Source: Tubiluchus corallicola
Taxonomy: Eukaryota > Animalia > Priapulida
Length of the DNA: 64,000 nucleotides
NCBI GenBank assembly: GCA_030141605.1
Contig: JAQGDQ010000618.1
Span: 1 to 64,000, forward strand
Direction of reading: 5' to 3'
The notes beneath the pieces are model-generated. The model was not told the origin of the DNA. It did not search any database and worked only from the letters and a program-made list of their open reading frames with translations. Positions 25,590 to 40,700 of this stretch are shown here, in pieces (position 1 is the stretch's first letter; each line of letters opens with the position of its first letter). Made by a program: the position numbers and the translations under genes.

Positions 25590-28500
25590 GATTATGATTA
25601 TTATAATGATTTCAAAAAGTTTGTAAAAACAAAAATTTGACCGGAACACGCACCTTTCTCCACAGATGTTGGAATTTGTTTTTTATTAACCGGATTTTCA
25701 CACCAACCGTTCAAGTCTCTCTGCAGTTTTCTCAGCTTCGGCTGGTCGGAAACCCTCTGCACGATGAAATGTCCTGGATGTTTTATATGAGTCACAACCA
25801 CCAGTTCATGGCGAGCTGAAGAAACGCAAAAAATCAATAACTACCAGGCAAAACAACAATGTTCAACAATGTCATAACAACAATGGTACAATGGTAGTGA
25901 TTCACTGCTACAGAATGTTTGCCAGACTTTAATCTGCATTAATCTGTTCATCCAGGTCTGGTGCACCTATCAGCTGTTATAAAATTATAACAATAATAAA
26001 GCTACAACCAAAAAATCAATGATTTCAAAACCAGTCACAACCCATCTGATAATTTTCAGTCCCTGGTGGGTATTATGCAGACAATTATCAAAAATCCTTT
26101 AATTAATTCACTAACAGTTTTGTAGATGGCGCCACTAGTTTTGTCAACAATTTGCATTGATTTATATATATGCAAACCGTGCACTGCTCTCCACTGGCAA
26201 CAAGGGTGAAGCATTACTGACTAGTGTGGCCGTACTTGCATGTGCTGTATGTTGCACTACTTGCTGTTAAGTATTACGAAACTGCCGTACTTGTAAAAAA
26301 CAGTAAACTAAATACGGGTAGTAGTTGAATTACGACCACATGACGGACGTGCATTGCGATTGCGATACTCGACTCTCTCCACCTATCAGAGGCGGGCACC
26401 ATTATAGGGCGCAAAGTCTATTCTTCTTTAACGCTGATCTTTTATTTGTCTTTTAAAAGTTTAATGTCTTTATTTGTCTTTATCCTGTATTCCATACATT
26501 TGTTCACTAGATTTCTAATTTCTAGCAATCCTTCCTTTTCACTGTTCATTGCTGCATGTGCATGCTGAAGCCGAGTGCCACTGTAAGTAAGGCGCTGTGT
26601 GTGTGCGTGTACGTGCTAGTGTGTGCGTGCATGCATGCATGTGTGTGTGTGTACATGCACGTGTGTGCACAGGTGCGTGTGTGTACAGGTGCGTGTGTGT
26701 ACAGGTGCGTGCGTGCGTGTGTGTGCATACATGTGTGCGTGTGTGTGCACTAAGTATGGCCGCATCTACAGGTGAAACAGATAGCGATTTAAAATTAAAG
26801 GATTACCATTATTAGTTTTACGTAATTAATTAATGAAATTATGATGCGGTCGCAAAGTCAAACCTTCACAGGTCGGTTGCAGGGGTCGTCAATCCGCAAG
26901 TACTTATATGACAAAACCCAATTTAGTGAAAATACCTAATTACGTTTTTACTGGAAAACTCCTTTCCTCCACGGAGATGAAAGCAGCATGTTGACTATCT
27001 TTACACACGAATAAGTTTTTTCTACATCTCAGATACAAACTCACTCAATTCAGACTTGTTCAACTCCTGCTGTTCAATAATGATAGAAGATTTTCTTAGA
27101 AGTGTAAAGTTGCAAAGTACTTTTTCAGAAATGCTCCAAAGCAATGAGTATAACTGAGAATGGCAATAAAATTTTGTAAAAACCCAGTGTTTTTCTTTTA
27201 TTCTTGAATGGTGACAGATTGGAAATGTTGAAGTCACCTACAATGGGTGAAATGACATCGACGCCGAGTGGAGACATGTCAGTGAAGTCACATTGAGTGA
27301 AGCCATGTCAGTGAAGTCACATTGAGTGAAGCCATGTCAGTGAAGTCACATTGAGTGAAGCCATGTCAGTGAAGTCACATTGAGTGAAGCCATGTCACTG
27401 AAGACACATTGAGTGAAGCTATGTCACTGAAGTCACATTGAGTGAAGCCATGCCACTGAAGTCACATTGAGTGAAGCCATGCCACTGAAGTTGCATTGAG
27501 TGAAGCCATGTCAATGAAGACACTATGAGTGAAGCCATGCCACTGAAGTTACATTGAGTGAAGCCATGTCAATGAAGACACACTGAGTGAAGCCATGTCA
27601 ATGAAGACACAATGAGTGAATCCATGCCACTGAAGTTACATTGAGTGAAGCCATGTCAATGAAGACACAATGAGTGAAGCCATGTCAATGAAGACACAAT
27701 GAGTGAAGCCATGCCACTGAAGTCACATTGAGTGAAACCATGCCACTGAAGTTACATTGAGTGAAGCCATGCCCGGGAAGCCATATCAAGTAAAGACACG
27801 CCAGTGAAACCACATTGCTGAGTAAAATTACGTCAGTGATGACACACTGAGTGAAACCAAGTCACTGAAACGAAGCAGAGTGAAGCCATGTCATTGACTG
27901 AGGGTGGCGTAAAACCATGCTGTGTGAAGCCCTATCGATAAGTAAAACTGGAGTGAAGTCGTGCCATCCATCGAATCCGTGATGGACTCAAGCAATGTCA
28001 GACAAAAGCCATGTCAGGTGAAGCCATACCAAATGAAGCCATGTTGGAAAACTTACAGTTACATGGGGCTTGTGAATTTCTGGATGGTTATACACATATA
28101 AATGAGTTTAGTTATCTTACTAAACCACAATGTTTTACTCACAAAACTGTCTTGAATCTTGCCGCTGCACAAAATTAACGGACATTGAGCTGCTGCTGGC
28201 GCTGACGACAGATTCCGTATCCTCATCATCTGAAACACGGAGAAAATTCACTTACCTGTTAAGACACCACAAACACATATAATGTAAGAGTGCTAACGAT
28301 ACATGTGGTGTAACAGCACCGTAAGAATGTTATAGTGCAAGAACAGTAAAAACAGGAAATACGCATAGTGCAAAAGCAACGCTAATGTCAGTAACAAAAA
28401 AAAGGAAATAAAAATGCGGCAAGTGATTAGAGAAAGAAGAGCAAAGAAAAGTATAAAGCGAAAAAGCGAAGCAATAACTTCATATCATAACTGGCAGCGC

Positions 28501-31500
28501 AGTACACATAGTTATAGGTTGTAAAAAACTCATATCAGTTCAAGGTGCCAGCATCACATAAGAAGACATGCTGTAAAATGATACATCAATAGATATTCAA
28601 ATGCCATGCATGTGCAGAGAGAGAATGCTAGCCTGCATACTGAACAAAACTTCAAAAGTAGGTCGCTCAAGGGCTGTTTTTGCCTAACAGTTGAATGCAG
28701 TTTTTGCATTGTACAACATGGTGAACATTGTTTGCCTAACAGCAAACCACAGATTTTTATTACAATATGGTGCCAAATGTTTGCCTAATAGCAGACCGAA
28801 GCTTGTATTACAACATGGTACTGATTGCTTGCCTAACAGCAAACTATAGATTTCTATTACAACATGGCACCCATTGTTTGCCTAACAGCAGACCATAGAT
28901 TTTTATTACAACATGGCACTCATTGTTTGCTGACGTTTTGAACAAATCTGGCAATCTCTCTCTGCAAATGTGTGGCACATGTGAATCTACTGTTACATTC
29001 TATCTCATTGTCAGATGTAAAATGTTGCCTGATATTCATTATGAAGTGTTCATTGCAAATGCTCGTTAGAAATAAGTTTCTCAACATTTGACACATTCTA
29101 ACAATGATTCTAATTCAATTCAGTTTCAATTTAAATAATTGTGGCCCCATAAATGAAAACTATTTTACATTATCACTTCGAGGTATAGGCTGCAGCAAAA
29201 ACAGTGAATTATAATTATAACAAACAAACGAACAAACGTATAAACAACATCTGACAAAAGGCAAAATAGTAGAAAAGAATTTTTGATATTATTCATGTTC
29301 TGTACTGACCAACTTTAGTCACATTTAGAAAAGATTTGCATGCAAGCATGCAAGAACCAATAACGAATAATCTTGACAATACACGAGCATGCAAGAACCA
29401 ATAAAGAACAATGTTGACAATATGCGAGCATGCAAGAACCAACAATGAACAATCTTGACAATACGCGAGCATGCAAGAACCAATAATGAATAATCTTGAC
29501 AATACGCAAGCATGCAAGAACCAATAACGAACAATCTTGACAATACGTGAGCATGCAAGGCCCAATAACGATCAATCTTGACAATACGTGAGCATGCAAG
29601 AACCAAAAATGAACAATGTTGACAATACGGGAGCATTGAAGAACCAATAACGCACAATCTTGACAATACGTCAGCGTGCAAGAACCAATAACGTACTATC
29701 TTGACAAAACGCCAGCATACAAGAACCAGTAACGATCAATCTTGACAATACATGAGCATGCAAGGCCCAATAACGAACAATTTTGACAATACCCGAGCAT
29801 GCAAGAACCAATAATGAACAATGTTGACAATACGGGAGCATCCAAGAACCAATAACGCACAATCTTGACAATACGTCAGCGTGCAAGAACCAATAACGTA
29901 CTATCTTGACAAAACGCCTGCATACAAGAACCAGTAACGATCAATCTTGACAATACATGATCATGCAAGAACCAATAACGAACAATCTTGACTACGCGAG
30001 CATGCAAGAACCAATAATGAACAATGTTGACAATACGTCAGCATGCAAGAACCAATAACGCACAATCTTGACAATACGCGAGCATGCAAGAACTAATAAC
30101 GAACAATCTTGACAATACCCGAGCATGCAAGAACCAATAATGAACAATGTTGACAATACGGGAGCATCCAAGAACCAATAACGCACAATCGTGACAATAT
30201 GCGAGCATGCAAGAACTAATAATGAACAATCTTGACAATACCCGAGCATGCAAGAACTAATAACGAACAATCTTGACAATATGAGCTCATGCATTTTAAC
30301 AAAACAGTGTTCAACGGGTTAGATATCACAGCACAGCACCGCAGCGTGATCAAACACAAGGGCAGAAGCAAAATCATAAGACTCTCAAGAGAAAGCAAGC
30401 GAGGTTTTTATTTAAAATTAGAAAATATTTTTTGTAAAACTCTCTTAGATCAGCAATGTTTCAGATTAATAAGAATAATGCTTTCATGGAGTAAAGAAAC
30501 TGTTCAAAATTGAAACATTAGAAGCAATATCAGACACGCTTATTCGCATAAACATTACTACGATATAAAAAGAGCAAAATTTACTGAAATACGTCAGCAG
30601 TTCCTAAAAAACATTTTTGATCATTTTCTGGCTATAAAATGACAGTTATTTGATATTTTTAGCAATGTAATCAATACTATTTGAAATTTCTGCATAGTAA
30701 AAAAATCGGGTTTTTAAAAGAATTCAAAATCAGCATTAATCTTTCAATATAAGAGAGAGAGAAAAGTGTAGGGACTTTAATAGCAACTGCTTGCACATCT
30801 GCCCTTGCATAGTTCAAGCAATAGGTGAAATCTTAGACCGAGAAGACAACTGCTTGCACATCTGCCCTTGCATAGTTCAAGCAATAGGTGAAATCTTAGA
30901 CCGAGAAGACAACTGCTTGCACATCTGCCCTTGCATAGTTCAAGCAATAGGTGAAATCTTAGACCGAGAAGACAACTGCTTGCACATCTGCCCTTGCATA
31001 GTTCAAGCAATAGGTGAAATCTTAGACCGAGAAGACAACTGCTTGCACATCTGCCCTTGCATAGTTCAAGCAATAGGTGAAATCTTAGACCGAGAAGACA
31101 ACTGCTTGCACATCTGCCCTTGCATAGTTCAAGCAATAGGTGAAATCTTAGACTGAGAACTCAACCTGAAGTTAAATCGGCAGGGGCATGAACGGAACAA
31201 GTGTGGCAGAAAGACTTTGTGGGATGTTCTGACTTATGACTGGATCTGCGTTCTTTGCTAGGCAGCGTGACATCTTAAGAAACAGAGAAACTTATATTAA
31301 GAATCTTTTCAAAAATATAAGGAGCTATTTGCTATACGGTATCTTAAATTCTATGTAGCGTGTAAACATAGTAGTAACTAGATAAGTAACTTTATAGCCA
31401 AACATACGTTATATGATGTAATGGGTTTCAACTTGTATAAAATTGATATAGAAAATAATGTTACTCTAGAAGACGCATTTAGAAATTTTCATGTATTATC

Positions 31501-31706
31501 TCAAAAATTGTAAAAGGATGCGAGTTCAGTTCCAGTCCAACTAGTGACAATAAACTTAGCATAAGATTGTACAAATTATATTGAAAACCAGAATTTTCAT
31601 TTTTTATCAAAGTACCAATTGAGAAAGATGTTAGAATATGTAGTATCTTTTTCAATTAATTGTTTTAGCTTCTTGCATGTAAATAATATCCATGCTTATT
31701 TTTTTT

Positions 31707-31737
<31 letters not shown>

Positions 31738-34700
31738 CAGTGTTTAGTATTTTTACTTTTACTACTAGTTTACTAATTTCTTTTAATTGAATCACTTATG
31801 TAACTTAACTATGTAACTTAACTGTACACGTGTGTTCGAAAATTAATGATGTTAATAATAATAATATCTACAATGCATATCAAAGTTCCCTGTACTACAT
31901 ATGATATTTTTTAGCACTATATACTGCACAAAAACAAGCAATCAGCCACCCCACTGCCTGTATACCCAGGGGTTAATAAAAATAGTAACGTTACTTATAC
32001 CATACCATTTTTAATTTAAAAGTATCCTAACTCTACATTAGGTAAAAAGAATGACAGGACTCACTGATACAATCATAATTAGATGTAACATGCGAACACT
32101 TAATAACTGACTTTATAACGAAATGTAGTCTTAATTGTAGAATATAAATGCAAAAATGTACTGTTAACTGAACACTATACAGAACGTTAGCAGCAATGGC
32201 AATAACAGCAGTGTTAGTAACATTAGCAGCAAGAACAATAACAACAGCAACAGTGGCAGCAGCAACAATGATAAGGGCGACGGCAGCGATGACAACAACA
32301 ACAGCAGCAAACAGCGGCAACAACGATGATGATGAAGACAACGATGACAACAACAAAACAGCAACAAAAATGGCGGCAGCGACGCGACAACGAGGACTAC
32401 GACATCAACAACAACAACAATGGCAGCGACGATAAAGACGACGACAACAACAACAGGAACAGCGGCGACAACAATGACAACGAGAATGGAAACGACAACA
32501 ACAACAGCAACAGTGGCAGCAGCAACAATGATAAGGGCGACGACAATGACAACAACAACAACAGCAACAGCGGCAACAACGATGATGATGAAGACAACGA
32601 TGAAAACAACAACAACAGCAACAGCGGCAACAACGATGATGATGAAGACAACGATGAAAACAACAACAACAGCAACAAAAATGGCGGTTGTGACGCGACA
32701 AAGAGGACTACGACATCAACAACATCAACAACAATGGCAGCGATGATAACGACGGCGACAACAACAACAGGAACAGCGGCGACAACGAGAATGGAAACGA
32801 CAACAACAACAACAACAGCAACATAGGCAACAAACAATGACGACGAGAACAACAATGACAATGACAACAGCAATAACAGCAGGTTCAACAGAAGTAGTTT
32901 TGACTTACCAACAATACTCTCGGCAGTCTCAATGTCCGGTTCTTCAGGTTTTGAGAGCAGTACCTCCCCCTCGGCTACCTCCGCAGATGCTCTTAACTCG
33001 TGTCTGCCAAAAACAGCCATTTCGCAATCAACGAATTAATTAAGACACACCACACATGCACAAAGAAAAAACAATTAAGTTCAAAACCTTAGGTAAGTTA
33101 TTCACAAAAAGTTATCAATACTCATAACAAAGTTAATGAAATCAGAACAACATTTTTCTTATAAGTTTCTCAGCTATAAGTTATTTTAGTACCACCATAG
33201 TATTCTCAGCTACCACGGTTCACTAACGCACGATTACACATTTGTAAATCATTGAGAAAGTTAAGAGAATAAGTTGAACGAAATGCCCTTGTAGGTTTGT
33301 GTAGTCATCATTCACAATATTGCTGTCATAAGATTGACTATCATTCACAATCTTGCACCAAATGTACTTGTTGTGAACACGAAATCTGAGAACACGTAAT
33401 CTTTGATTTTATAACGAGCTATAATTATAGACAAATGATGCTGCCAGCCAAGCACCACGTGGGATGCTGGCGCTTCATTGACAGACGGGGGAGCTCACCA
33501 AGTAAACATGCCAGTGCCAACCAGAGATTAGACATGCGGAATATGTACTAATTTTGAACTTTAGCAGATTGCACATAGTGAATTTCTTGCAGATATGCGA
33601 ATCACAGGATTTTAATGACTAAATTTGTGGTTACTGCTCAGATTTCGACAAGCGCATAAGGTAAAAATTGCAAATGTTTGTGCAAAAAGTCTATAAAATT
33701 GCTAAACAATTTTTTGTCATGATACGGTTTCTGATGCGCTGTAAATTGTCAACATGCATTTACAATTAAAATTCCTTAGCGGGGGTTTGGCTGGTAATTT
33801 ATTACTGATTAATTATTATAAATCTAAACTTTTTCCACACTAAAGTTTTTAACAATAAGGTGCATATGGAAAGTCTAGTTTTCGCCTACGATTTTGCGGA
33901 TACGCGGATATGGATACACAGATGAAGATTCTGCAGGTACTAATAAAGCAAAAAGTGATTTTCTCACGCATCTCTGGCTCCAAATAATTCTCCCATTTTC
34001 GACCTCTGCAAAATGAGCTCTGACCACCTCGGAGCACCTTCAACTTGCACCCCAGGCTCATATATGGCAGGTTGTAAGGTAATCTTTGCTTACAAGCTAA
34101 TAAAAACGAAACAGTCCCCCTCCCAAATGCCACTGTGTACTTAAAAGAATGGACAAGTTACTTAGCATGTCGCGTTTACTTTGCTGTTGTCACTTAAACT
34201 TGGAAAAATTTAACAAAGAAACTGTTTATATACCACAAAGTTAATTTACCCTACAGCTGTACAGAAATTTTCAGGCACAGTGGTAGCCGCCATTTATCTG
34301 AAAATTATGACGTAACTGGTGACTTTTCGCAAGGTCAAAGACCTTTTCTGAAGGCACGTGCTGCTTAAACTAATTCAAAGTTCTGTAGCTTACCTAACGT
34401 TCGTGCAAAAATGTCGAAAATTTGCTACCTAATTTTTTATAATTTTCTTCAGTCGATGAAAGACGTCATTGGTGGAAAAATGGATGACGTCATCGGTGGA
34501 AAATGAATGGCGTCATTGGTGGAAAAATGGATGATGTCATTGGTGGAAAACTTCAAATTCATTTTACTAATGACATGAGGTACTTGTCAAGGTCTTATTA
34601 CCAATTCCTTTTAAGATATTTCGTGGACATTAAAATAATCCTAACTTCCCAGAAGGTTTTGCCTTTCCTTTAAGCACAATTGTTCAATGTATTACATCTG

Positions 34701-37700
34701 CAAGTTTGATATCACACAAAATCATAATCACAACGCAACAAGTTGAAAATCCACGATTTTGTCTTTCTTCGCATCATTATATCATCAACATTAATATCAC
34801 AAGGTTTTCACAACGATAGTAATAATAATAATGGTGAGAAATTGCATGTCGTTGACATCATTGCTCAAGCGCATCACCACCATCATCATCATCATCATAC
34901 CATAATCATCACTGCCATCATCACATATTGTAAACACCACCATCATCATCATCATAGCATAATCATCACCACCACCACATGTTACATCATCATACCATAA
35001 TCATCACCATCATCATCACCACCACCATCATCACCATCATCATACCATAATCATCACTGTCATCATCGCATATTGTAATCACCAGCATCATCATCAACAT
35101 CATACCATAATCATTACCATCATCACCACCACCACCACCGCCACCACCATCATCATCATACCATAATCATCACTGTAATCACAACCATCATCATCATACC
35201 ATAATCATTACCATCACCACCACCACCACCACCACCACTGCCACCATCATCAACATCATCATAGCATGATCATCATCACCACCACCATCATCATCATCAT
35301 ACCATAACCATCAGTGTCATCATCACATATTGTAATCACCACCATCATCACCATACCATAATCATCACCGTCATCATCACCACTATCACCACCACCATCA
35401 TCATCATCATACCATAACCAAAAACTAAGAAGCCACCATGGATTTGAAAGAAAAATTTTATTAGCGGCAAAAATCCTCAACAGAAACAACCAAAATTAAC
35501 TAAGCTTGCTTTTAAGCAGTCGTTTTAATTTCCAAATAAGAAGCAATCTGAACATAAATACATCATGCAACGCTAATCCTGATGCAGTCAATTATATATT
35601 TTAATGTCCTCTTTAACAGTGTATAAGACCATAGTGACAGAAGTTAAAGGAAAGGTCAAGACTTCTGTGAAGTTAGGCTTATTTCAATGTTTGTGAAAAA
35701 TGTCAGAATGATTTAGTAATAAAAGCATAATAAGCGCCTTGTGTAATTAGTAAAATCACTTTCAAGTCCTGCTCAATTCACGCTTAGGGACTCCCACTTT
35801 AAACGCCCATTCTTCCACCAATGATGTCGTTCATCTACTGAAGAAGAGCAGCGTGCCGTCAGTTTCTGTTCAATAAGTTTTCACAAAAAAATTAGATTGA
35901 AATTTTGTGATATTTCTGCATAAATATTAGGTAAGTTGCAAAAGTACGGATTAGTTTGAACAGCATGATTACGGAAAGCCACAATGCGTTTACGAAAACT
36001 CACAAAGTCCACCAGTGATGTCATAATTTTCAAACGAATGGCGGCTACCACTGCGCCTGAAAATTTCTACACATTAATTTTATAATTTATAGGCAGTTCT
36101 TTTGCAAATTTCTTGGTTATATTTTTCTAAGTTTAAGTGAAAACCGTAAAATCAACCCAACAAGCCAAATAACTTGTCCTTTCCTTTAACCACCAGAGAA
36201 GTGCTTAGATAAAAGTGATTTTTACTTTATATGATTTGTATAGTGCATAGATAAGAGTGAGTTCTGCTCTAAGGTTTCTTTTATATTCTCTCAGAAAATG
36301 CATTCAGACCAATTACTAGACTCTTCGAGACTTGGTTGAGTTGGCACATTGTATGGAAAGTTTGGTACGTCTTGGCTGTCGCTATGGAAAGTTTGGTACG
36401 TCTCGGCTGTCGCTATGGAAAGTTTGGTACGTGTCAGTTGTCGCTATGGAAAGTTTGGTACATCTCGGCTGCAGCCATGGAAAGTTTGGTACGTCTCGGC
36501 TGTCGCTATGGAAAGTTTGGTACGTCTCGGCTGCAGCCATGGAAAGTTTGGTACGTCTCGGCTGTCGCTATGGAAAGTTTGGTACGTCTCGGCTGTCACT
36601 ATGGAAAGTTTGGTACGTCTCGGCTGCAGCCATGGAAAGTTTGGTATGTCTCGGCTGTCGCTATGGAAAGTTTGGTATGTCTCGGCTGTCGCTATGGAAA
36701 GTTTGGTACGTCTCGGCTGTCACTATGGAAAGTTTGATACGTCTCGGCTGCCGCCATGGAAAGTTTGGTACGTCTCGGCTGTCGCTATGGAAAGTTTGGT
36801 ACGTTTCGGCTGTCGCTATGGAAAGTTTGGTAGGTGTCAGCTGTCACTAGGGAAAGTTTGGTACGTCTCGGCTGCAGCCATGGAAAGTTTGGTACATCTC
36901 GGCTGCAGCCATTGGAATGTTTGGTACGTCTCGGCTGTCGCTATGGAAAGTTTGGTACGCCTCGGCTGTCGCTATGGAAAGTTTGGTACGTGTCAGCTGT
37001 CACTATGGAAAGTTTGGTACGTCTCAGCTTCAGCCATGGAAAGTTTGGTACGTCTCGGCTGTCGCTATGGAAAGTTTGGTACGTCTCGGCTGTCGCTATG
37101 GAAAGTTGGCATGTCTCGGCTGTCGCTATGGAAAGTTTGGTACGTCTCAGCTGTCGCTATGGAAAGTTTGGTACATCTCGGCTGCAGCCATGGAAAGTTT
37201 GGTACGTCTCGGCTGTCGCTATGGAAAGTTTGGTACGTCTCGGCTGTCGCTATGGAAAGTTTGGTACATCTCGGCTGTCGCTACGGAAAGTTTGGTACGT
37301 CTCGGCTGTCACTACGGAAAGTTTGGTACGTCTAGGCTGTCGCTACGGAAAGTTTGGTACGTCTCGGCTGCCGCTATTTCCTTTTTCAAAACTTCTGACC
37401 AGTTTTATAAAAACTATTATTGATTATGAAATAAGCGTCTCAAAGATCTTCTAAATTCACTGCTAAATGTAAAGTGAATGACTGGATTGAGGGCGCTGTT
37501 GGCATAACTCAGCAACACTATAAAAATAAAGACATCCGGCATATGACAGCGCCAGCTACAAGCAAGCAGAACCAGGGAGTAAGCAAAGAATGGTATCCAA
37601 CAAATGAGAAAAATTGCAGTTAGAATTCCCAACGTCTTTGTTGCCTTTAATTTCTTTACTGCAGCGAGAGAGTTACTTGCAACATTATTCGCTTGGTGAT

Positions 37701-40700
37701 TAATGGCGTCTATTTGCCGAGCCTGTTTCCATGCAGTCTTCCATATAACACCATACATGGTCAGTACCTGGACAAACGGTCCAACAAAGAACACCACACT
37801 TTTGGTTTCCACGTACACCTGTATGGTATAGCTGTGACGGTGGCTCAAATAACTCAAACTGGCACGTGCTAATCCATCAGCTAGAGACAGAAGCCATGCT
37901 GCAGACAGAGATAACGTTAATGTCCTTGTTGTTATGAAGTCGTTGTACCTAAAAGGATGAACAACGGATATATATCTTTCTGTTGTTATGAGGCATATAT
38001 GTAAAATCCCGATATCTTGCATCACACTTTCAAACAACAGGAAAGTGTGAAACGTTGGAAAACTGTCAAATCTTTCTTGGACATTAACAACGATGAAAAG
38101 TGGTACGACCAATGCTCCCAGCAGCCAGTCTGACACAGCCAGTGACGTAACCATTGCGTTGATACGAGTATGTAGGCGTTTCGTCCGAAAAATCATAACC
38201 AAAATCAACGTATTGCCAATAACGGCGGCTACTGCTAAGATCGTCACCAAGACGATGACGACAAGCAAACCTTGTTTGGTAGGTAGAGAATCATCAGCAT
38301 CAGCAACAACCGATATATTTGAAACGTTAAATGCTGACATAACTTCGAGCGTGTTTAGCTATAACGCTTGTTGTACGCTTACTACATTTGTGAATCTAAT
38401 AAAATCAGATAGTGGGATGCAGTAATGCAAATGGCATATAATTATGTGACTATTGACATCGCATTCAGGAGTGTCGCTACTGTAAACATTGGCAGAAATG
38501 TAATATCACTTAGGTGTGTGAAGATCAGATTGCACCAGTTATGTCATTAAGCTTCTTTCATCTTGACTGGGCCATAAGCGGGAACAATAAGTTTACTAGT
38601 GCAAGCCCATGTTCACATTAATCAGTAATTACGGCATCACTACGTCATCAACATCAACGTCTTATCATTCTGACAATGAAGCTGGCGACACTGATGATGA
38701 AATTGAACATCATCGTTATCACGATTGATCTTCAACAAACAACACAAACAAACCATCTTCAAGCTGACATCATCATCACCTTCACCATCACCTTAGAAGT
38801 CACCTCACAACTGTCACCACTGACTACCATCCATGAACCATCATCAACATCAACTTCACCACCACCATAGAAGGCATCGCACAACTGTCACCACTTACTA
38901 CCATCCATGAACCATCATCATCATCACCTTCACCACCACCATAGAAGGCATCGCACAACTGTCACCACTTACTACCATCCATGAACCATCATCATCATCA
39001 CCTTCACCACCACCATAGAAGGCATCGCACAACTGTCACCACTTACTACCATCCATGAACCATCATCATCATCACCTTCACCACCACCATAGAAGGCATC
39101 GCACAACTGTCACCACTTACTACCATCCATGAACCATCATCATCATCACCTTCACCACCACCATAGAAGGCATCGCACAACTGTCACCACTTACTACCAT
39201 CCATGAACCATCATCATCATCACCTTCACCACCACCATAGAAGGCATCGCACAACTGTCACCACTTACTACCATCCATGAACCATCATCATCATCACCTT
39301 CACCACCACCATAGAAGGCATCGCACAACTGTCACCACTTACTACCATCCATGAACCATCATCATCATCACCTTCACCACCACCATAGAAGGCATCGCAC
39401 AACTGTCACCACTTACTACCATCCATGAACCATCATCATCATCACCTTCACCACCACCATAGAAGGCATCGCACAACTGTCACCACTTACTACCATCCAT
39501 GAACCATCATCAACATCAACTTCACCACCACCATAGAAGGCATCGCACAACTGTCACCACTGACTACCATCCATGAACCATCATCATCATCACCTTCACC
39601 ACCACCATAGAAGTCACCTCCCAACTGCCACTACTGACTACCATCCATGAACCATCATCAACATCACCTTCACCACCACCATAAAAGGCATCGCACAACT
39701 GTCACCACTTACTACCATCCATGAACCATCATCAACATCAACTTCACCATCACCATAGAAGTCATCGCACAACTGTCACCACTGACTACCATCCATGAAC
39801 CATCATCAACATCAACTTCACCATCACCTTAAAAGTGACCTCACAACTGTCACTACTGACTACCATCCTTAGCCATCATAATCATCATCAACTTCACCAC
39901 CACCTTAGAAGTGACCTCGCAACTACCACCACTGACTACCATCCTCAAACCATCAACACCATCAACTTCACCATCACCTTAGAAGTGACCTCACAACTGT
40001 CACCACTGACTACCATCCTCAAACCATCAACACCATCAACTTCACCATCACCTTAGAAGTGACCTCACAACTATCACCACTGACTACTATCCTCAAACCA
40101 TCAACACCATCAACTTCACCATCACCTTAGAAGTGACCTCACAACTATCACCACTGACTACCATCCTCAAACCATCAACACCATCAACTTCACCATCACC
40201 TTAGAAGTGGCCTCACAACTGTCACCACTGACTACCATCCACAAACAATCATCAACATTAACTTTACCATCATCTTAGAAGTCACCTCTGTAACCACTAA
40301 TCAACAGCCAAGAAATCAACCAAACTTCACAAAAAAACATACGTAATTAAATTAAAAAATCAGGAACCTACTAATTAGCAAAGTGATAGATATATGACTT
40401 GCAATAAGATCAAATAATGACAACTAAATTTATTAGGCTGCTTAATAACGTTTTATTTAGTTATAACTTTGCTCTATAATACACCTATATCGGCAAATGA
40501 ATTTTCTAGAATTTCCACACAACTTAACATGTTCAATAATATCCGATAGCAATGTGTATAAATCTTTGTAATTTCCACTTCAATGTCCTTCTGTAAAGTG
40601 CATTAAGTAAGAGTGAATTCTATTTGTAACAAGTTTCTATAAAGTGCACAGAGAAAAGACAGTTCTGCACGAAAAGTGAGACAAAAGTGAGCCCTACTTT

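Noticed and set aside
32033-37454. Poly-N/T/L/C ORFs and the [17 protein letters not shown] repeat ORFs
   Set aside because: Trinucleotide and 31-bp repeat artefacts. Only 32909-33003 is a real exon here, apart from the GPCR-1 3' end at 37417-37454.
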